Assembly (NCBI GenBank): GCA_964370855.1
Contig: CAYJMF010000003.1
Span: forward strand, 20,272-84,271
Source: an uncultured Planctomycetota bacterium
GTDB taxonomy: Bacteria > Planctomycetota > JAJSAM01 > JAKLKS01
Direction of reading: 5' to 3'
DNA length: 64,000 nt
In this document: piece by piece, positions 57,589 to 64,000 of the stretch
Layout: every line of letters begins with the position of its first letter
Numbering within the stretch: position 1 is the stretch's first letter
The notes under the pieces: model-generated
Seen by the model: the letters and a program-made list of their open reading frames with translations, nothing else
What the model was told of the DNA's origin: nothing
Database searches by the model: none
Made by a program: the position numbers and the translations under genes

Positions 57589-59356
57589 GCGCAACGAGCA
57601 GCAGGAGGCCGCCGTCGCCCACGACGGGAGCGCGCTCGTCACGGCATGCCCGGGCGCGGGCAAGACGCGTGTGCTGACCCAGCGGATACTCCGAGAGCTT
57701 GCCAGCTCTTCTCTCGGAAGCCGGCGCGTGCTCGCGGTCACCTACACGAACCGCGCCGCCGACGAGATCTGGTCTCGGATTGACGCTGCGGGCGTCGATA
57801 CCCGGCGACTGTGGGCCGGAACGATCCACTCGTTCTGCCTTGAGTGGATACTCCGCCCGTATGCAGGCTGCTCGGAGCGCCTGCGGCGAGGGTTTCGCCT
57901 CGTCGACGAACGCGTGCGGAACGAGATCCTCGCCCGCATGCGGAAGGAGCACGGAGCGGACAGGTACCTTGAAGTCGCAACGCGCATTGGCCGCGACGGC
58001 AAGACGCGGAACAGCGATCCAGTCGCGCAGTCGATCTGCGACGCCTACCACGCTGAGCTGCGATCGAGGAAAGTGATCGACTTCGATCTGATCCTCTCGC
58101 TGGGGTACGAGCTCGTGAACGCGGTCCCGGAGATACCGCGGGTACTCGGCGCCACCTTTTCGCTCGTCTGCGTCGACGAATACCAGGACACGCAGGACCT
58201 TCAGTACGCGACTCTGGCGCAGATCATCCGCGGCACGGAGGGACGCTCCCGACTCTTCATGGTCGGCGATCCTGACCAGGCCATTTATGCGTCCCTTGGA
58301 GGTGTCGCCAAGTCGGGAGACGAGATCCGAGAGGAGTTCGCCATTCCCGACCTGGCGGACCTCCCGCTCTCGGGGAACTACCGCTCGACGCAGCGGGTCA
58401 TCGACTACTTCTGCGCCTTCGCGCAGCGGGATGAGCCCATCATCTCGTTGGCCGACTACGCAGACGAGATTGGAACGATCACGTTCCGCGATGGCACCGT
58501 GGAGGCGGGCGACATCGCGGGAATTGTCGCCGACCTCGTGTCGGAGCGCCTGTCGGCCGGGTGCCCAGAGCGCGAGATCGCCGTCCTCGCGCCCCAGTGG
58601 TTCATGGTCACCCGCATCGCGCGCCAGCTGGCCGCGCTGCTGCCCGGGGTTAGCTTCGACGCGCCGGGGCTGTCTCCGTTCCGCGGCTGCCAGGACAACG
58701 CTTGGTACGGCCTCGCCCGACTGATCCTCAGTTCGCCGTCGCCGGCGATGCACGCGACGCGGAGCCGATGGGCGCGCGAGACGCTCGCGAGCCTCGGGGT
58801 TCTTGAGGACGTACGCGCCCGAAGCCGGATGGTGGAGCCGCGGGGACTGCTGCGCATCGTCAACTCGATCGACCTCTCCGGCGACGACGGGCTTGCCGTC
58901 CTCGCGCGCGCGTTCTCGGGAGTGTGCGACGCGATCGGGTTGGACCTGGGCGGACATCCCGCGCTCGCCGAGGCGCTCACGGATCTGCTCGACACCGCGC
59001 GGTCGAGGTTGGCGGACGAGAGCTACAGCTTCCCCAACGAGATCGCGGCTTTCCGAAGAGCGTTCGGCCGGGGACCCGGTGTCGTGATCGGCACATGCCA
59101 TAGCATCAAGGGCGAGGAGTTCGACACGGTCGTCGCGTTCGGCCTGCTCCAAGGGTACGTGCCGCATTGGGGCGAGATTTTCGCTAACCGCGCTGCGGCG
59201 GCGCAATCAGCGCGGCGGCTCCTGTATGTCGTTGCGTCGCGCGCGAAGCGTCACTTGCACCTGATCTCGGAGGCCGGCAGGACGACTCGGAGACGCCGGC
59301 CCTATGAGACGACGGAGTTCCTGCGCCGGATTGAGTTCACGTACGATGCCATCTAG
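57581..59356 (+). CDS. gajB: UvrD/PcrA-like SF1 helicase (Gabija GajB-like)
   Basis: CPGAGKTRVL, VDEYQDT. 8-nt overlap with gajA. Confidence 0.75.
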   Translation: MGRRNEQQEAAVAHDGSALVTACPGAGKTRVLTQRILRELASSSLGSRRVLAVTYTNRAADEIWSRIDAAGVDTRRLWAGTIHSFCLEWILRPYAGCSERLRRGFRLVDERVRNEILARMRKEHGADRYLEVATRIGRDGKTRNSDPVAQSICDAYHAELRSRKVIDFDLILSLGYELVNAVPEIPRVLGATFSLVCVDEYQDTQDLQYATLAQIIRGTEGRSRLFMVGDPDQAIYASLGGVAKSGDEIREEFAIPDLADLPLSGNYRSTQRVIDYFCAFAQRDEPIISLADYADEIGTITFRDGTVEAGDIAGIVADLVSERLSAGCPEREIAVLAPQWFMVTRIARQLAALLPGVSFDAPGLSPFRGCQDNAWYGLARLILSSPSPAMHATRSRWARETLASLGVLEDVRARSRMVEPRGLLRIVNSIDLSGDDGLAVLARAFSGVCDAIGLDLGGHPALAEALTDLLDTARSRLADESYSFPNEIAAFRRAFGRGPGVVIGTCHSIKGEEFDTVVAFGLLQGYVPHWGEIFANRAAAAQSARRLLYVVASRAKRHLHLISEAGRTTRRRRPYETTEFLRRIEFTYDAI

Positions 59357-60011
59357 CAGTCGGCGGTCTGACATGGCTACGCACGCTCATGCCGAGGGCG
59401 TTGTGCGTACGCTAGGTCCGCGCGAGCAACGACCGTCCCGCCGGCCTTCCCTGTTCCGCCGACGGTTGTTCGCCAGAGCGTGACCAGGACGAGGCACCCG
59501 ACCGAGACAGGGTTCGTCGGGTCGTCGTGGTCCACGACCAACTCCGTGACGTACGGCCCGCCGCCGTCGTCGATGCCCTCCGGGTCGGCGCCGATGTCCG
59601 TCGTCGCGCCAGCGAGCGGGGTCGCGGTCTTCGTGGCGTTGTCCTGGCCGGGGACGGGCGTACGGACCTCGCCGGACCACTCGATGTCGTCGCCCGCGAG
59701 CTGCGCCTGCCCGAGCACCTGGAACACGCGGAGTCGCAGGTCGGACGTCCCGTTCCAGTTCTTCGGGACGACGAACGCGAACGTTCGCCTCTCGGCCACG
59801 TCGTCGAAGAGCCAGCCCTCGAGCACGCCCCGCCGCTCCTTCGTCGGCGGGTTCGTGGCGTCGTTGCCGAGGTTGCCTTCCAGCGCCAGTTCGACGGTGT
59901 CGTAGGAGGCCGTGGGCGTGATGCTGAGGAGCCCATTCCAACCCGCGGAGACCGGCATGTCCGCGACCCAGACCTCGCCGTCCGCGATCCGGTAGACGAG
60001 GAGCCCCGCGT

Positions 60012-61445
<1,434 letters not shown>

Positions 61446-61622
61446 GGTCGGGGCCTCGAAGGTGCCGAGAGATGTCAGCCGATTCCAGGGACTCGGGCAG
61501 CGATCCTATCGCGGTCCCGGGCCCCGTCGCCAATCGGTGCTGGCGCATCGTGATGCCGACCGCTACCCTACAATGGCGGGCCGAGGGACATCGTCTGCTC
61601 GAGGGAGTTTGGAAGGGAGGCA

Positions 61623-62873
61623 GTGGTGAGAGTGATTTCCGGGATTATCGCCGTGCTGTTGGTCGCCTTCTCCCATTCGACGGAAGCGCAGGACAACCCG
61701 CAGGGTCAAGTGGGCACAGCCTCGGAAACCGTGGTGGGATTCAACCCAGCCACCGGGATTACATGGGAAGAACAGGCGGCCCCTTCCCTTCCCGACTCCT
61801 CCCTCCCGGGGTCCCGAGGGAAACTCGGTCGGCCGGAAGTCACATCCCAAGAGCTGAATTGCTGCTTCCCGGACAACCGCATCGAGATCATCGATACGAC
61901 CTCCTTCCCGTATTCCACGGTCTGCAAGGTCATCACCTCCTACTCCAATGGGAATTACTATACTGGAAGCGCGACCATGGTGGGGCCGAGGCACGCAGTC
62001 ACGGCGGGTCACGTGGTCTACAGCGCCGAGGATGGTGGATGGCCTGACTCCATCACCGTGATTCCGGGCTTCGATGGACATGCCCCACTCTTCAGCGCCC
62101 CATTGGGGACGTACTACCCCTCCAACTACTACTCACTGAAAGGGTGGACCGACTCAATGGACTCGGAATACGACTTCGGACTGTTGGAGTTCAGTTCGAA
62201 TGTCGGGAACTTCACTGGATGGATGGGGTTCGCGTGGACTCCGTTCAATGGCGACCTCATGGGAGAAACACTGGAGACTGCCGGATACCCGGCGGAGCTG
62301 GAAAGTGGCTCGGTCATGTTCTATGCCTCAGGACCATGCCTTGGCGTTGCTGATCGCGTCCTGACCTATGGCGGCACTCTGGACACATCCGAAGGCCAGA
62401 GCGGAAGCGGCATCTGGGTGGATGCGGGGCAACCGCTCGTAGTGGGCGTAGTTACCTCCGGGAATTCGACATACAACTTCGGCACCAGGATCACCGAGTC
62501 CATCTTCAATCTGATATCAGCGAAGGAGGACGGCACAGCAGTGCAATCCTCGACTTTCCGTGGGCAATTCCCCTTCTACTACAAGCGCTGGAATCGAGCA
62601 TTCACCGCATACGGAGAATACGTCAGCTTCGAGTTCACCGTGAACGAGTTCATCATCCCTGGCCGCCTCTTGTCCTCTCTCAAGTTCAAGGTGGGTCCCA
62701 AGGGAGCCGTCGCGACCGTGTATCGGCCTGACGGTACGAGCTTCTCCGTCACATCCGGCAAGGGCGCCAATGTGTACGCACCACAGTTCGGGACATGGCA
62801 GATGCTAGTCCACAACTACCCGAGCCGCGGATACGGGAAGGTGAAGGTCCGAGTAAAACCGTCCAACAAGTAG
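61623..62873 (+). CDS. secreted trypsin-like (V8/glutamyl endopeptidase-type) serine protease
   Basis: Signal peptide. TAGHVV (His), GQSGSG (Ser). Lower-GC (~55%) segment. Confidence 0.7.
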   Translation: MVRVISGIIAVLLVAFSHSTEAQDNPQGQVGTASETVVGFNPATGITWEEQAAPSLPDSSLPGSRGKLGRPEVTSQELNCCFPDNRIEIIDTTSFPYSTVCKVITSYSNGNYYTGSATMVGPRHAVTAGHVVYSAEDGGWPDSITVIPGFDGHAPLFSAPLGTYYPSNYYSLKGWTDSMDSEYDFGLLEFSSNVGNFTGWMGFAWTPFNGDLMGETLETAGYPAELESGSVMFYASGPCLGVADRVLTYGGTLDTSEGQSGSGIWVDAGQPLVVGVVTSGNSTYNFGTRITESIFNLISAKEDGTAVQSSTFRGQFPFYYKRWNRAFTAYGEYVSFEFTVNEFIIPGRLLSSLKFKVGPKGAVATVYRPDGTSFSVTSGKGANVYAPQFGTWQMLVHNYPSRGYGKVKVRVKPSNK

Positions 62874-63295
62874 GGGCGAACTCGTCGGGAGGATCACGGG
62901 GGGCAGTACGGCCCAAAGTCCGGTTCGGGGGCTCCGGCTTCCGGTGCCCGCAGGAAGTCCGGCCAAGGCCGGTGGGCATCACAACCGGAGCACTGAAGGA
63001 GTAGCCGAACGCTGCTGGATGCCCTCTCTTCCCGGGGTGTCCGGGCGCCCCACAGGAGCCCCGGACGACCCTGACAGCGTGTGGAGGGCGAGAGATGAGG
63101 GGAATGGCCCCCCCGCCCCCCCCTTGTGGTGCTGGTAATAACGGTCATCGGAACAGGGCGAACTTCCTTTCATGGAGCAAATGACTCCACCTGATCCACC
63201 GTCCCCCGTGGACAGGTTCCGCCGGCCAGGCCTGCGTGGTGCCCCCCACCATCGGGTAGAGTTCCTCCGGGTTCGGACCAGGCAATGGAGGCGAA

Positions 63296-63742
63296 ATGCT
63301 CGACTACAGGACGATGTCCTCCTCGGCCGCCAAGCGCCGCGACGCCCTCAAGGCTCTGATCGCGTCCACGAAGGCGGAGCTCACGGCCATGGAGGCCGAG
63401 TTGGAGACGCTCGACCGGCTGCTCAAGGCCATTCCTGCGACTCCTCCCGCTGCGCCCGCTCGCCCCCGCGGGAAGAAGGCGAAGAGGAAGAAGAAGCCCG
63501 CCAAGAGGAAGCCCGGCAAGTGGAAGCCCGGGCGCGCGGGCCGGCCTCCCAAGTGGTACGTCGAGGAACAGGCGGCCAAGGGCGAGGGGAAGGCCGCGCC
63601 GAAGCCGAAGGCGAAGAAGAAGGCGGCCAAGCGGGCGAAGAGGAAGGCCTCTCCCAAGGTCCTCGCCGCCCTGGCCAGGGCCCGGGAAGTCAGGGCCGCG
63701 AACAGGGCCGCCGCCGCGACCGCGGCGGAGCCGGCCGTCTAG
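63296..63742 (+). CDS. lysine/alanine-rich histone H1-like DNA-binding protein
   Basis: KKAKRKKKPAKRKPGK, AKKKAAKRAKRK repeats. N-terminal coiled coil. Confidence 0.5.
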   Translation: MLDYRTMSSSAAKRRDALKALIASTKAELTAMEAELETLDRLLKAIPATPPAAPARPRGKKAKRKKKPAKRKPGKWKPGRAGRPPKWYVEEQAAKGEGKAAPKPKAKKKAAKRAKRKASPKVLAALARAREVRAANRAAAATAAEPAV

Positions 63743-63841
63743 CACCGGATCGCCCCCGGCCCCGAAGGGCCGGCGGGCATCCTCCGGGGAGGAGGGGCCG
63801 GAGCGGCCGCCGCCGGTCGATCGGGACCTGCCGATGCGCCG

Positions 63842-64000
63842 GCCCCTCCATCACTCCCCGAGTTGCGCGCGGAGCCGCGTCCGCTCCTTCTCCAGGTCGG
63901 CGGTCCGCCGCTTGAGCGCCCGCAGTTCGCGGTCCACGCGCGCCAGTTCCGTCCTGGCCTCGCGCTCCTTCAGGTACCGGCCGCCCCGCTTCTTCTCGAC
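63842..64000 (-). CDS. partial ORF at window edge (coiled-coil-like)
   Basis: Protein-like heptad sequence on minus strand. Truncated by window. Confidence 0.2.

Overview
Very high-GC (~68-70%) bacterial window. Spurious antisense ORFs are common at this GC content, so I called genes by protein-like sequence, signal peptides, catalytic motifs and start/stop coupling (many ATGA/GTGA overlaps). Coordinates may be off by ±1-2 nt where I placed starts by hand.

Layout, left to right:
1. 1-10.3 kb: ordinary accessory genes. TspO (partial), carboxypeptidase-regulatory-domain protein, HExxH membrane peptidase, secreted alpha/beta hydrolase, serpin-like operon, giant secreted beta-propeller-like protein.
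2. 10.45-12.2 kb: AbiEi/AbiEii type IV toxin-antitoxin pair behind an AT-rich promoter.
3. 12.26-13.8 kb: a tyrosine integrase bracketed by two different tRNA 3'-end fragments in inverted orientation. One is the 3' half of a tRNA-Asp(GTC), from the anticodon arm to an encoded CCA. This looks like an att-remnant junction.
4. 13.9-61 kb: a mosaic defence/mobile island.
   - Ppl-like PHP + SMC/ABC ATPase single gene.
   - sbcDC-like operon with an upstream coiled-coil gene and a small winged-helix-like gene.
   - ThiF/E1-like + small Ubl-like + Cys-rich cassette, divergent from a sigma54 enhancer-binding protein.
   - Prophage remnant: tail-fibre proteins, HNH endonuclease, holin/lipoprotein genes. 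It contains a minus-strand, translationally coupled three-gene insert of unknown function.
   - Type I RM (hsdMSR) with a trailing PD-(D/E)xK-like gene.
   - Non-canonical RNA-repair operon: hen1, two RlaP-type nucleotidyltransferases, pnkp, small ORF.
   - Gabija-like gajAB pair.
   - A truncated inverted paralog of the phage gene that begins the block. The two copies bracket the whole ~20.7 kb defence block.
5. 60-64 kb: SEC-C protein, a low-GC secreted V8-like serine protease, and a lysine-rich H1-like protein.

No CRISPR array, rRNA or intact tRNA gene was found.
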